Assembly (NCBI GenBank): GCA_951406725.2
Contig: OX597817.1
Coordinates: forward strand, 57,412,001-57,476,000
Length of the DNA: 64,000 nucleotides
Reading direction: 5' to 3'
From: Octopus vulgaris
Taxonomy: Eukaryota
Positions within the stretch are counted from its first letter, which is position 1. Every line of letters begins with the position of its first letter. Under the pieces are notes generated by a model. The model did not search any database. It saw only the letters and a program-made list of their open reading frames with translations, and was not told where the DNA came from. A program made the position numbers and the translations under genes. Positions 25,233-38,700 of this stretch are shown one piece after another.

Positions 25233-26128
25233 TATATTCTGGTTTTACTTCTAAAATACAGAAAATATTTTAACAATTTCTTATACAATTCCTAATAATT
25301 TTTAATTATAAAAATAAAATAGGACTTTTTTAAATATTGAATGTCAGGGGGGGCAAAGTAAAGTAAGACAGAAAACAAAAAGGGGTCCATAGCAGAAGGT
25401 GATGAGGGCTGGGTCTATTTATGGTGCTGTGGCTAGGGTATAGAGGATTCAGAGGAAGACTGGCCTCTACACAAATGCCACGCAGATCCACTGGCGTGTG
25501 GACATGCCCTGGTGTCACCTGAACCAGTTACCCTGCCTAAAAGGTAAATAGGCCATCTGCCTCAAGGGCAATCTCAGGAGAGCAAGTGACTAGCAGAGGA
25601 AAGTGTTGATAAACAGGCAGAAGGAGACAAGGAACCACCACTGTAAATTTCCAAAGAAAAATTGTGAATCTTCAGGCTTTGTCATGAAAATGCATGATCA
25701 CTGATGCCTGTTAAAACAGCCACATGGGATTAAGGTATAAGAAAGAGAGAGAGGAGGGAACAAGACAGAGAGGGGGCAGAAAGAGGTGTTTATTGTTTCT
25801 CACAAAGCCACTGTTCTTAATTCCTATAATGAAGCTAGACCAATCTCTCAGTACCATTAATTCTTGAGTTACAAAAATGGTGCAGATCTCTCCAAGAATA
25901 TATATTATTCTTTGTCTACAGAGATTCAGATACTTTCAGAGAATTTTAAATGATAACACATTTATTCTTAATTCACAAAAATGGTTTTGTTTTCTTGTTC
26001 ACTGAAGAAACTTCAGAAGACTTTCTTGTCTCCAAAGAGTTAATAATTCATTTGCTTAATTTCTTGATTCTTTTTGTTTCTTTTTCTTTGTTTTACATTT
26101 GCTGACAATGTTTTATGAGAAACCTCTG

Positions 26129-26202
<74 letters not shown>

Positions 26203-26619
26203 AGATTTTATGCCTGAATTTAATTAGAGAATTGTGAAATAGTGCATGCATACATATGTCACAAACAGAACACAGACAATGTATATAGACACCACATGTA
26301 ACACGCATATAAACATTGCACACAACTATATACAACACATACACTGTACTTACATACATCATACACAACATACATATATCACACACACGTTACCTACATA
26401 CATCATGTACAACATGAATAAATCACACGACATGCCTGTAAGTGTAAGAAACAAATTAACATACATGTAATTACATACACACACATTACTCTAGGAGTGT
26501 ATATATATATATATATATACACATATATAAATTGTAAATATTTAAAATTTAATGCATTCCAGACAGTTGAAATAAATATATAGAATGTTTCAAAAGTGGT
26601 TGCTTGCTAAATAGAATTA

Positions 26620-27600
26620 TCTTTCATTGCTTCTCTACTGCCGCTTACTTCAAATGTTTAGTGACATGTCTTCTGGCTCCCTACATGCTGAGTTCAAATA
26701 CCACTGAAGTCAACATAGCATTCCGTCCTTCCAGGATTGATAAAATAAAATACCAGTCAAGTACTGGGATTGATATATTTGACTAACCCCTATCCTTAAA
26801 ATTGTTGGCCTTCAACCAAAACTTGTAACAGTTATTATTATTATTATTATTATCAAATTGTTAGCACACTGAATAAAATACTCAGTGGCATTTCATTTGT
26901 CTACGTTCTGAGTTCAAATTCCACCAAGGTCGACTTTGTCTTTCATCCTTTCAGATGACACTAAACCACTGGGGTGATGCAACTCGCCCCTTCCCTCCAG
27001 CATTTCAGGCATTGTACCTTTAGTAGAAAGAATTATTACTATTATCATTATTATTAAGACAAAGAGCTGGCAGAATTGTTACACATCGAACGAAATATTT
27101 AACAGTATTTTGCCTGTCGCCACATTCTGAGTTCAAATTCCGCCAAAGGCAATTTTACCTTTCATCCTTTTGGGGATCATAAATCAAGTATAAGTGAAAC
27201 ACTGAGGTTAATGTAATTGACTAGTCTCCCCTTCAGAAATTTCAGGCCTTGTGCCGATAGTAGAATGGATTATTATTATTAAGGTGGTGAGCTGGCAAAA
27301 ACATTAGCAGAGTAGAGCATGTGCCCAAATTAGAATCCATTATTATTATTAATCAGATACTTGTTTTTATTATTATTATTATACTACATTGTTAGAGTGG
27401 AGTAGAAATGAATCCCCCAATATCTGATTATGTCTAAATTCTAGTTTCAAATCAGACCAGGTTTGACTTCCCCTTTCAACGCCCACACCACTACCGTCCT
27501 AAGGGTCGATAAACCAAACACCAGTGAAGCAACTGCAGTTAATCAACCGTGACCTGTTCTGATGTTTGTGGCATTGTTCCAATATTAAACAATTACTGTA
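26620..27600 (+). mobile_element. Head-to-tail cluster of about 5 SINE A units separated by (ATT)n
   Basis: Repeated CTGAGTTCAAAT..CC / TTTCATCCTTT / GGCCTTGTGCC blocks. Confidence 0.8.
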
Positions 27601-28084
27601 GCATCACCATGATTATTGTTGATGTTGTAGTTATTGTAATCATTAGTATTAAATATGATCACACACCAATGGCATCAATAACGAAAGCCCTCCATTGAGA
27701 GCAAAACACAAGATCAACATTAGCACAGACAGTCTAGAAACTGTCTGGACATCTTGGAGTTACTGCAATGGTGATTCTTTAGACAAATATTTACAGACAG
27801 TTTTTGTTGTTCTTTACCTCAATAATCTCTGAGCAGAGTTTTGGCAGCAGCTGGTTCCATTATTTCAAAGTTCAACAAATAACATCCTGCTTCACTGTTG
27901 TTGTCTCAATGACCATTCACAACCATTTGAGCATACAACGCTTACAAGTGGATACAATGTAATATATGAACTGACACTGTGACAGTGGTGGTGGTGGTGA
28001 TGGTGGCGGCTGCAATGATGATTGTGATGGTGGTGGTGGGAGTAGTGGCTGAAATGTGGTGGTGCTGCTGCTGCTGCCTAAAAC

Positions 28085-28300
28085 TGATGGCAGAATCGTT
28101 AGCACACCGGGCGAAATGCTCAGTGGTATTTCGTCCGCCGCTGCGTTCTGAGTTCAAATTCCGCCGAGGTCGACTTTGCCTGTCGTCCTTTTGGGGTCGA
28201 TAAATTAAGTACCAGTTACGCACTGGGGGTCGATGGAATCCACTTAATGTCCTTGTTTGTCCCCTCTGTGTTTAGCCCCTTGTGAGTAGTAAAGAAATAG
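28085..28300 (+). mobile_element. SINE family A
   Basis: Head, B-box, core and ...GTAGTAAAGAAATAG tail. Confidence 0.85.
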
Positions 28301-28664
28301 GTAATAGACATGAATAGTGGTGATGATGGTGGTGGAGGCCTGGCACCAAAGACCACTGCCTGATGCTCTGACGTAACTGTTGTTAGTGTCCAATGCAGAC
28401 TAACAACTAACGGGAATAACTCAACAACACAAGCACACAACACATTAGTTTTTTTTATTTCAGCCATGCTGGAGCACCACCTTGAAGAATTCTAATCCAA
28501 CGAATTCAACCCCAGTACTTTTTTCACAAGCCTGATACATGCATATTCTATCAATCTCTTCTGCTGAACCACTAAGTTACACGAATGCAAACACACCAAA
28601 CTGTTGTCAGGCAGTGGTGGGGGACAAACACAAATACACACACACACACATATATATATAGCAC

Positions 28665-28925
28665 TATCTGAACGTGATCGATGCTAGGACCGCCTGACTA
28701 GCCCCCAAGCTGGTGGCACGTAAAAAGCACCATCCGAACAGGGCCGATGTCAAGCCCGCTACACTCTTGGAGTGGTTGGTGTTAGGAAGGGCATCCAGCT
28801 GTAGAAACACTGTCAGATCAGATTGGAACCTGGTGCAGCCACTTGCTCTCCAGATCTCAGTCAAACCATCCAACCCATTCCAGCATGGAAAATGGGCTTT
28901 AAACAATGCTGATGATAATGATGAT
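28665..28925 (+). mobile_element. Family C: RTE 3' UTR fragment
   Basis: Conserved block plus (GAT)n. Confidence 0.85.
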
Positions 28926-29576
28926 ATATATATATATATATAATTAATCCCCCTCAAAAAAACAAAAAGAAACACAAGGAAAAAACAACAATGTGAGCTC
29001 GTGATACATGCAAAGTATTAAAAGACACTCAGGGAAGGAAAGACAGGGTGTTTTACATTTCAAGCAAATCTCTTCTTCAGAAATAGGAGACAGAGGAAAG
29101 TTCAACAGAAAAGGAAGATGGAGGTGGAAAAAAAAAAAAAGGTGCCATAGAGTGGGATTGAACCTAAAACCATGTGGTTGCACAGTGAACTTTGTCACCT
29201 TGCAGCCATGCCAACCATGTGCATGCTCTCTTATAAGCTTATACGGTTTATATAATTGCAAGATTAAACAGACAGGGAAGTGTAGCAGACGTAGTCAACT
29301 TTTACCATCGTAGATTGGCAAGCACACATAATGTTAAATTACTGGACAGTGAATGATGTTGATGATGATGATGATGATTTTTTATAAATGATTATGATGG
29401 ATAATGTTGATAAATGATTAATGATGATGACGATAGCGAAAGGTAATTATCTTCAGTCACTCATCATTATTTGAAACTAATTTAGAAATTCTAAATTAAC
29501 AAAAAAAAAAAAAAGCATTACTGACATTTAAATATTATGTGGAGAATAGCAGAGGGAGGTGAAGGAAGTAAGAGAC

Positions 29577-29621
<45 letters not shown>

Positions 29622-29739
29622 GAGAGAGGGAGAGAGAGAGAGAAAGAGACAGAGAAAGGAAAGTAAAAATGCAGAGCTGAGGAGAGAGTGGCAGTTATTA
29701 ATGAAAAGTAGCAACGACCTCATACACAGAATAGCAAAA

Positions 29740-30015
29740 CCACTGTAGGGACATGATCAGACGTAATACACCAAGCAAACAACATCAAACGCTATGCACC
29801 AATAGAGACATCAGACATAATACATCAGCACAGGTGTAGGGACACCATCAAACATAAACACCAGCACTGCAAACAACAGCAGGAACAACATCAAACACAA
29901 TACCCTAGACTCAACAGTAGAGATATCAAACATAAGACAAAAACACTCTACGCAAGAGTAGGAGCAACATCAAACAACACAGCAACACAACAGAAATGCC
30001 GACATCAAACACAGA
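29740..30015. repeat. Degenerate minisatellite with ACATCAAACA core
   Basis: Core recurs about every 30-45 bp and resumes after the SINE near 30460. Confidence 0.65.
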
Positions 30016-30017
30016 CA

Positions 30018-30426
30018 GCAGGAGTGGCTGTGTGGTAAGTAGCTTGTTTACCAACCACATGGTTCCGGGTTCAATCCCACCGCGTGGCATCTTGGGCAAG
30101 TGTCTTCTGCTATAGCCCTGGGCCGACCAATGCCTTGTGAGTGGATTTGGTAGACGGAAACTGAAAGAAGCCTGTCGTATATATGTATATATATATGTGT
30201 GTATGTGTGTGTTTGTGTGTCTGTGTTTGTTCCCCTAGCATTGCTTGACAACCGATGCTGGTGTATTTACGTCCCCGTCACTTAGCGGTTCGGCAAAAAG
30301 AGACCGATAGAATAAGTACTGGGCTTACAAAAAGAATAAGTCCCGGGGTCGAGTTGCTCGACTAAAGGCGGTGCTCCAGCATGGCCAGTCAAATGACTGA
30401 AACAAGTAAAAGAGTAAAAGAGAGTA
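30018..30426 (+). mobile_element. SINE family B, full length, CpG-rich (probably young)
   Basis: GGTTCAATCCC B-box; (GTAAAAGA)n tail. Confidence 0.9.
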
Positions 30427-30779
30427 ACTTCCACCCTTGACACAACAGAAACAAAACCCAACATCAAACAACAAGAAAATACAGCCAAGAAGTGATGGAC
30501 ACTGGCAAAGGTTTATTTCTAATATAAACTTGAAAATAAGCAGTTTACAGTGGAACCAAGAACCACAAACCACACAATATCCGTGTTACAGTTCATGACA
30601 CAATAAAAGCTTCAGTATCATAAATACTAACATAACGACCCCCACACCACAACAAAATACAGAATCTGTTTCAACAGATGAGTTCACGTCAAGAATCCCG
30701 CAAACTGAATATAAAAATGAAATACACGAAAACACTTTTTAAAAATCTGGAACCGAAAATTATTGGACTGCATTGGATT

Positions 30780-30920
30780 GCCTATGTTCAGTCCAGTGCA
30801 GGACGAAGGCCTCAGCATGCTCTCTCTACCCAACCACAGTCTGATGTGGAGGCTGTGAGTTTGAGTTTGAGATCCTACTTGTTTGATGAGCCTGCTCTTC
30901 CACACTGGCTCAACATGGCT
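30780..30920 (-). pseudogene. Decayed RTE LINE 3' end (third family)
   Basis: Minus strand GAGGCCTTCGTCCTGCACTGGACTG = EAFVLHWT, resembling the RTE terminal EAFVLQW motif. Confidence 0.5.
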
Positions 30921-31524
30921 TGGCAGAGAGGTGCGGTTTTTATACTTATACCCAGGAGTATTTAAGTCAATTACAGTCAACCCCAATGGTCAGCTGGTAC
31001 TTATTTTCTTCACCACAAAAACAGATGAAAGGTAAAGTTGGCCTCGACAGAGTTTGAACTCAAAACATCTGGATGAATGAAATACTGCTAAGGATTTCAC
31101 CCAGCATGCTAACGATTCTGCCAGCTTGCCAGAACTATACCAAAAGCAGCTCACCGCCTTCTATAGCTTGAATCCCTCCCTCCACTTGACATCAGACAAG
31201 CAGTAAGAAAATCTCCAAACTGGAAAAACTTGAAAATTTAATAAAATCATAACCACCTATCCTAAAATACTGGAGGCCTGAAGGAGATGCTGCCCTCATC
31301 AACATCTACAACTGTTCACATCAATATTGACAGAATCAATTTTGCACAAAATCAAGAAATAGGTAGAAATATTTATAAAAGAAAATCTAGGAAAACCTAA
31401 ACCAAAGAAATATGGCACAGACACTCCTGTATAAACTTCAAAAAACATCTTAGAAGATAAAATATATCAAAAGTCTTGAATCTATATATCACATCTTGTT
31501 CTTATCTGATATGGGCCTTCTCTC

Positions 31525-31572
<48 letters not shown>

Positions 31573-31575
<3 letters not shown>

Positions 31576-31875
31576 TGCAGGAGTGGCTGTGTGGTAAGCA
31601 GCTTGCTTACCAACCACATGGTTCCAGGTGGCACTTTGGGCAAGTGTCTTCTACTATAGCCTCGGGCCGACCAAAGCCCTATGAGTGGATATGGTAGGTG
31701 GAAGCTGATAGAATATATGTGTGTGTGTGTGTGTCTGTGTTTGTCCCCCGAACTTGGCTTGACAAAGGATGTTGGTATGTTTACATACCCTGTAACTTAG
31801 GAGTTTGGCAAAAAAGATAGATAGAATAAATAGTAGGCTTACAAAGAATAAGTCCTGGGATTGATTTGCTCCAGC
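31573..31875 (+). mobile_element. SINE family B with internal deletions
   Basis: Matches 19081; follows a long (TA)n. Confidence 0.85.
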
Positions 31876-31936
31876 ATTTATATATATATAAATAAAAACA
31901 CACATACATGTGTATGTTTATATATATATATATAAT

Positions 31937-32260
31937 GAAGGACGTGGCTAACTGGTTAGCATATTCAGTTCATGATCGTAAGGTCATGAGTTCAATTCCC
32001 AAAGCTGCTGGTGTTCTTGAACAAGACACTTTATTTCACATTACTCCAGCCCACTCGGCTGTCAAAAAGGAGTTGCACCAGTATTTCAAAGGGGCCAGCC
32101 ATGTCACATTCTGTGTCGCACTGAATCTCTCTGAGAACTATGTTTAAGGATATGTGTGTCTGTGGAGTACTCAGCCACCTACATGCTAACACTTTACGAA
32201 CAGGCTATTCCATTGAGCAGATCAACTGAAACACTCACCGTTGTTACTGACAGAGTGCCA
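31937..32260 (+). mobile_element. tRNA-derived CORE-like SINE family F
   Basis: GTGGCTAACTGGTTAG A-box, GAGTTCAATTCCC B-box, TCTTGAACAAGACACTT CORE-like; 3' part also near 60895-61010, head near 22330-22460 (minus). Confidence 0.65.
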
Positions 32261-33196
32261 TTTTTTTTATATATACATATGTATATACATACACACACAC
32301 ATATATATCTATACACATACATCCATATGTGTGTGTGTGTATATATATATATATATGAGAGAAAGAAAGATATACTGCCACAGCTACCACAACTGCAACT
32401 ATTACATAAATTTCTATTACGAGCACCACCACCGCATCCCATTATCACCACCACCACCACCTCTGCTGGTAACACAGATATTAATCAATATATCACATCT
32501 ACAGAAGTAACACCTCCTGTACGTCAGCACGCACGTGCATACACACGCATGCACACCTGCACTCACACAGTGTGAGCCGCACAAGATCTGAGATGCCAGT
32601 CAAAAAAGGAAAGATATCGATCGATTCAGGCAAGAAAGAAACTTATAACAATTCTTCTTCAGAACAAATGTCTATGGAAACGGTAGGGCATGGAAAGAAA
32701 TTGGTGTTCTTGAAGGAAGGAAAGAAAGAAAGAAAGAAAGGAAAGAAGGAAGGAAGGAAGGAAGGAAGAAAGGAAGGAAGGAAGGAAGGAAGGAAGGCTA
32801 TGTTTGGGCAAAGGAATTTTTCTATGTTGTGGACAGAAGAACCTGGATAAGAGATCATCTTTGGTTCAGTCCAAGTTCTTGACCTATAGTTCTCCCCCAA
32901 CAGCATTTCAACACCTCACCTACCCCACCATCCACTGTGCAAATCAATAACATGTTTTTCTTTCCTGTTTTTATGTGGAAATTTCCATATTTGCATGGAA
33001 TGATATGGTTTAGTTTGGTCGGAGTTGCTTTTCTCTCCCCCTACCCAAACGCTTCAACCCACCACCACTATCCTCTCTTCTACTCATCATCTTGCATCTT
33101 GAGATGCTGTGTCTTCTTACCCCTCATCTCTACCTTCTTCCTAGCTACTCCCACCCACCCTTATATAATGTGAGGTGGCCATGTAGCTCCTCTATA

Positions 33197-33595
33197 TATT
33201 TCCTTATTGCCCACAGGGGGGCTAAACACAGAAGGGACAAACAAGGACAGACAAAGGGATTAAGTCAATTACATCAACCACAGTGCGTAATTGGTACTTA
33301 TTTAATCAACCCTGAAAGGATGAAAGACAAAGTCAACCTTGGCAGAATTTGAACTCAGAATGTAACGGTAGACAAAATACCTATTTCTTTACTACCCACA
33401 AGGGGCTAGTCACAGAGAGGACAAACAAGGACAGACAAACGGATTAAGTCAATTATATCGACCCCAGTGCGTAAATGGTACTTATTTAATTGACCTCGAA
33501 AGGATGAAAAGCAAAGTCAACCTTGGCAGAATTTGAACTCAGAATGTGACGGCAGATGAAATACTGCTAAACATTTCGCCCGGAGTGCTAATGTA
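33197..33595 (-). mobile_element. SINE family A dimer
   Basis: Two units joined at the same AAAGAAATAG|GTATTT junction. Confidence 0.85.
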
Positions 33596-34399
33596 TCTCC
33601 TCTATAGCAAAACAGCCACCTTGTCATAGTTTAGCCTCTCCACACCTGGCAGAAAACCACCTCCTCTTTTATCAAATATTCCACCACAACCCAGTCAAGG
33701 GGCCTATTTCCTTTTTCTCTTTCCTCTTCTCCCCTTACAAGTTACTTGCTGACTTCATTAGTGACAGTGGTATGGAAACAAAAAAAAACAAAAAACAAAG
33801 CATCCAGTATATTGTAAAGTAGTTGACATTAAAAAGAGCATTCAACCATAGAAACCATGTGGAGGCAGATAACAGGGATTGGTACAGTTCCTGACAAATT
33901 GTGCCTTCCATATCAACATGGCACACAGACATTAAATGAAGATGCTGTGTCTTCCTACTGCTAACCACACCAATCATGACCAGTAGTTATTTATTTATAA
34001 AATACATTGCTGTACTCAAGACAACCTGCCCACCACAACAGAACTGATATCCCAAAGCCACCTTGGTAATACTTGCCCATGTGGGACACTGGTGCTGGTG
34101 CTATGCAAAAAATGCTGGAGATGGTGACATGTAAAAAGCACCCAGTACACTCTGTAAAGTGGTTGGCATTAGTAAGGGCATCTAGCTATAGAAGTCAAGC
34201 CAAAACAAGCTAGAGAACCTGCTGCAGCTCCTGTCAAACAGTCCAACCCATGCCAGCATGGAAATCAAACATATCATGATGGTTTATCATAGTCAAACAG
34301 TAGAATTTAAGAAAAATTGAAATGGATTGTGTTGGCGAAGGAAACAGAAAAAAAAACTTTCACAAAAGTGGAATAATTCATTTTGTGATAATGAAGAGT

Positions 34400-34790
34400 G
34401 ACCCGCTGTTCTTGAGAAGACCTATTGAGTCAAGTACGTTAACATCAAATGAAAATTGAATGGAAATAGTAGTTAAGACACCCGTGCCGGTGACACATTA
34501 AAAGAAAAGCACCGTCCGAACGTGGCACATGCCAGCGCTGCCTGACTGGCATCCATGTTGGTGACACGTATAAGCACCAACCAATCGTCACCGTTTGCCA
34601 GCCTCCCCTTGCACGTAAAAAGCACCCACTACACTCATGGAGTGGTTGGCGTTAGGAAGGGCATCCAGCTGTAGAAACACTGCCAGATCAGACTGGAGTC
34701 TGGTGCAGCCCCCTGGCTTCCCAGACCCCGGTTGAACCGTCCAACCCATGCTAGCATGGAAAATGGAAGTTAAACGATGATGATGATGAA
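34400..34790 (+). mobile_element. Family C: RTE 3' UTR fragment
   Basis: Conserved block plus (GAT)n; an older copy lies just upstream at about 34060-34280. Confidence 0.85.
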
Positions 34791-36309
34791 GAGAGAAAGA
34801 TCTGACATCTCAAGCAGGTTCTTTCATCAAACACTACAGGTTATTCAGATTCACAACTAAATATGACCATCCCATCGTTTTTCGCAGAAAACTTTTGGGG
34901 AATTACATTCTGTAAGATACACTTCCTTATTGTTTAACTCCAGTTGTTTATAGGTCTGATGCAGTAAACCCATAAGCATGGGCGTTCCAGCTATGACCAT
35001 TCCATATTTATTCAGATAGTTTATCTGATGCTACATTATCTAATAATTCATGCCCTTAAAAAAGATACAGTGTAATCTGAGGGAGGTTTAACTATTATTT
35101 CTAGCAGATCAAACTAGTGTATAGTAGTTCCACTATCAGACATATTGTTGCATAACCTTCCAATACATTTCTTTTCAAAAACCATAACTCTCCCGCTCTG
35201 CTTCGTTATAGAAACATTTTACTTATAGACAAATGCATAATTATAAGATAACTGAACTAGTTCCAACCAGTTATGCAAATAACAGAAATTTTTAGAATTG
35301 CCTGAGCTAATTAACCTCATATTTAGAGTGTCTCACCCTTTCATATATATATATCACTTCCCAGACATTGAATGAAAAAGTTTTCCAGTCTTGCTACACC
35401 TCCAGACCTGTAACACCTCAGAATTCTTTTTCTGTCCATATCAGCCAACACATATTCAGGCTGAACATCAACCATACCAAACTTACCAGCATGGAAGGGC
35501 CTACCAAGGGCCATGATCCCTTCCTCTCTTTCTATCGCCATCTTAACAGAAAATCTCTACATTATGTTTTATATGACCAAAAATATAACTACAGTTGTTT
35601 AAACATTTTTACATCTTTATACATTGGTGAGATGTTGTGTCATCATTATCACACATACACTTCCTCAGGAGATTGTTTAAATAATTTCTTCATTAGACTT
35701 TCTTACTATTTCGCTCAGTGTGATAAACTTTACAGATACCATGGAATCCCTGATGTACGTCCAGCAGCAGGAGCATTTTCATTGTATGATGACATCAAGT
35801 AACCAATAACTGTAGATGAGCTTTGCATTACTTCCTAACAAAGTTTTTACCTGAATCTTATTTAACTACATTTGTGTATGTGTTGTAAATATCTCAAGAG
35901 AAGAGTTAATAGCTTGCAAAAATGATAAATCTTAATATCCAAACAACTATCTCACATGTAATGAGAAGTTGTACAATTAACAAGAACCATGTTTTTTACC
36001 AAACAATAAAAAAACCGAATAATTCCAACAGTGAAAACAATTTGTATCAATGAACAGATGAGTTATTATTGAAATGTATTTTCTGGCAGTGTTTTATTGG
36101 CTTGTCTTAAATATTGCATTAAACCATAGTTAGAGACTAGAGAAGATTAGGATTTAGAGAATTAAGATGGGTAAATGATACGCCATGTGAGCGAGCGAGT
36201 GTGTGTGTGTGTAGAGAGAGAGAAAGAGAAGCAAGGGAGGGGAGAGAGAGAGAAAGAAGTGAAAGCAAGAGGAAAATACAAAGGCAAGGAGAAAGAAAGA
36301 AGCAGTGAG

Positions 36310-36313
36310 ACAG

Positions 36314-36347
<34 letters not shown>

Positions 36348-36438
36348 ATATGTATGTATATGTGTATATATATATATATATATGTGTGTGTATATATATA
36401 TATATATGTATGTATGTGTATATATATATATGTATGTG

Positions 36439-36483
<45 letters not shown>

Positions 36484-36509
36484 ATATGTGTGTGTATTAT
36501 ATATATATA

Positions 36510-36564
<55 letters not shown>

Positions 36565-36680
36565 ATGTATATATATATATATATATATGTATGTGTATGT
36601 ATATATATATATATATATATATATGCATGTGTATATATATATGTGTGTGTGTGTTTGTGTGACTATGTGTATATGTGTGT
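36310..36680. repeat. Compound (TA)n/(TG)n microsatellite
   Basis: Seen directly; source of the Y/I/C/V-rich ORFs. Confidence 0.95.
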
Positions 36681-37606
36681 AAAAATCTGTTGAGAAAGGC
36701 ATAGAAAGAGATACAAAGAGTGAGAGAGAGAGGGAGACAGAGTTAATGAACATTTCCAATCAAACAAAACTAGACATGCTAGAACGTTCTGAGCAGGATT
36801 TGATGTTGCTAAAATCAATATAGATTACTATGATATGTTAATATAGATTATATAGTTTTGCAGCCCCCACCTCCACCTCGTTCACAACGATAGTTTTTTT
36901 TTGTTTTTTTTTTAATAGTAAATCAATAACGAAAAGACACATTGAACTGAAGAAAAATTATCGTATTACTCTATTAATATTGATATAATTGAATGCGAGT
37001 GTGTGAGAAAAAAATATAAAAAGATTCCCCACCGCCATCGGCCCACCCATTGTCTCATGTTTTCCTAGATTAATTAGTCTGACCAGTCATCATACAAAGG
37101 GTCAAACGGTCTCAAGTACACCGTCTGATTTTATGTGAAGCTCTTTTAACATCAGACAACTCAAAGAGGACGACTTCATTGTTGTCAAACTGACAGAACG
37201 TATGACTTACTTTCAGCTAAATTTACTGACCAAACTAACTGGACACTATAATTACTAGGTCTACTTTTACAAGAGGCTATTCATCATTTATGTATACTTT
37301 TATAGTTTCTTGTTATCTCTTCTTTTTCTTTTCTTTCACCTCTTTCTGTAATTTTAAACTCGTTTTGTTGTCCACAGCAGGATCATGTTATAAAATTTAC
37401 TTTGAAGTATGAGTAGTTAGGAAAAGATTATTTAATACTAAGAGAAATTACAAGAAAGTAACACATTTAAAGAGGTGAGTAATGAATGATGTTTGAGGTG
37501 GGTAATGAATGATGTTTGAGGTGAGTCTCTTAGGAAATAATTAAGTTTGGTTTGGAACAAATGCAAATTCCTTTCCCTTATTTTTTTTTTCAATAAATCG
37601 ACCTTT

Positions 37607-37990
37607 AGGCATAAACTTGGCTATGTGGTTAAGAGCATTGCTTTCCAACCACATGGTCTTGGAGTCAGTCCCACTGCACAGCACCTTGGGCAAGTGTTTT
37701 CTACTAATAGATGTGGTAGACAGAAACTGAAAGAAGCCCGTCATATATCTACATTTGTGTATAGGTTGAGTGAATTCTTCACAAGATGGTTGTAAACGAG
37801 CACCACCCTCATACAAGCTATGTTATTCACTTCCAATCTTCTTTTAAAAAAAATATGTCTGGTCACAGGCAATATTACCTTGCTTGGAAATAGGTGAGTG
37901 TTGGCAACAGGAGGGGCACCTAGCCAGAGACGTTCTGCTTCAACAAATTCCATCGGCCCCATGCAAGCATGGAAAAGAGGACATCAGCAA
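37607..37990 (+). mobile_element. SINE with family B head and RTE-like tail
   Basis: B head to GAAAGAAGCCCG, distinct body, then TGTTGGCAACAGGAGGGGCA..CCATGCAAGCATGGAAAAG. Confidence 0.65.
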
Positions 37991-38173
37991 TAACATATGC
38001 AGACAGTGTTTGGAACTGATTTCCAGGTTCTTGAACCGCTTTACCAGACACTGTGCCCTGAGGTTTGCAGGTATTTTCTTTTCTTTACCATAACGATTCT
38101 CCATCTTTCTGAGCCAAAAGACGTTGTGGTGGTGTAGAGTAATCTGCTTTCAATGGAGAAAGGGCTGCACCTT

Positions 38174-38700
38174 CATCGTCATCATCATTTAACGTCTGTT
38201 TTCCATGCTAGTATGGGTTGGACGGTTCAACTGGGGTCTGGGAAGCCAGGAGGCTGCACCAGGCTCCAGTCCGATCTGGCAGTGTTTCTACAGTTGGATG
38301 CCCTTCCTAACGCCAACCACTCCGTGAGCATAGTGGGTGTTTCTTATGTGCCACCGGCACAGGAGCCAGAGGAGGCTGGCAAACGGCCACGCTCGGTTGG
38401 TGCTTTTACGTGTCACCGACACAGACGCCAGTCAGGCGGCACTGGCATCTGCCACGTTCGGATGGTGCCTTTTACAAGTTCCATTTGATTTTTATTTTGA
38501 TGTTGGTGTTGACATACTTGACTCAATAGGTCTCCTCGAGAACAGCGGGTCACTCTACAATCCAAGGTTAGCACAGCAGGCCGTCCTGCGAGCCATGAAC
38601 TCACTTCATTTGTCAGGTCTTCACAGTCACAGCCTATCTCAGAGGTCTCGGTCTTCGTCATTTCCTCTGTGAGGCCTTACGTGCCACTGGCATGGGTATC
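38174..38700 (-). mobile_element. Family C: RTE 3' end including last ORF codons
   Basis: Tail, conserved block, and minus strand GGCCTCACAGAGGAAATGACG (GLTEEMT). Confidence 0.85.

Noticed and set aside
35341-35820. 144-aa ORF with faint piggyBac-like words (NIFTSL, ITVDE)
   Set aside because: Motifs are in the wrong order and different frames; no termini; not supportable without a profile search
36154-36759. Y/I/H/T/C/V-rich ORFs (also near 32200, 48900, 60300)
   Set aside because: Translations of (TA)n/(TG)n microsatellites
37156-37199. Possible 44-nt exon QLKEDDFIVVKLTE between CAG and GTATGA
   Set aside because: Weak polypyrimidine tract and no partner exons; chance is likely
37472-37526. 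23-bp tandem duplication containing GAG|GTGAGT
   Set aside because: A simple local duplication; no supported upstream exon
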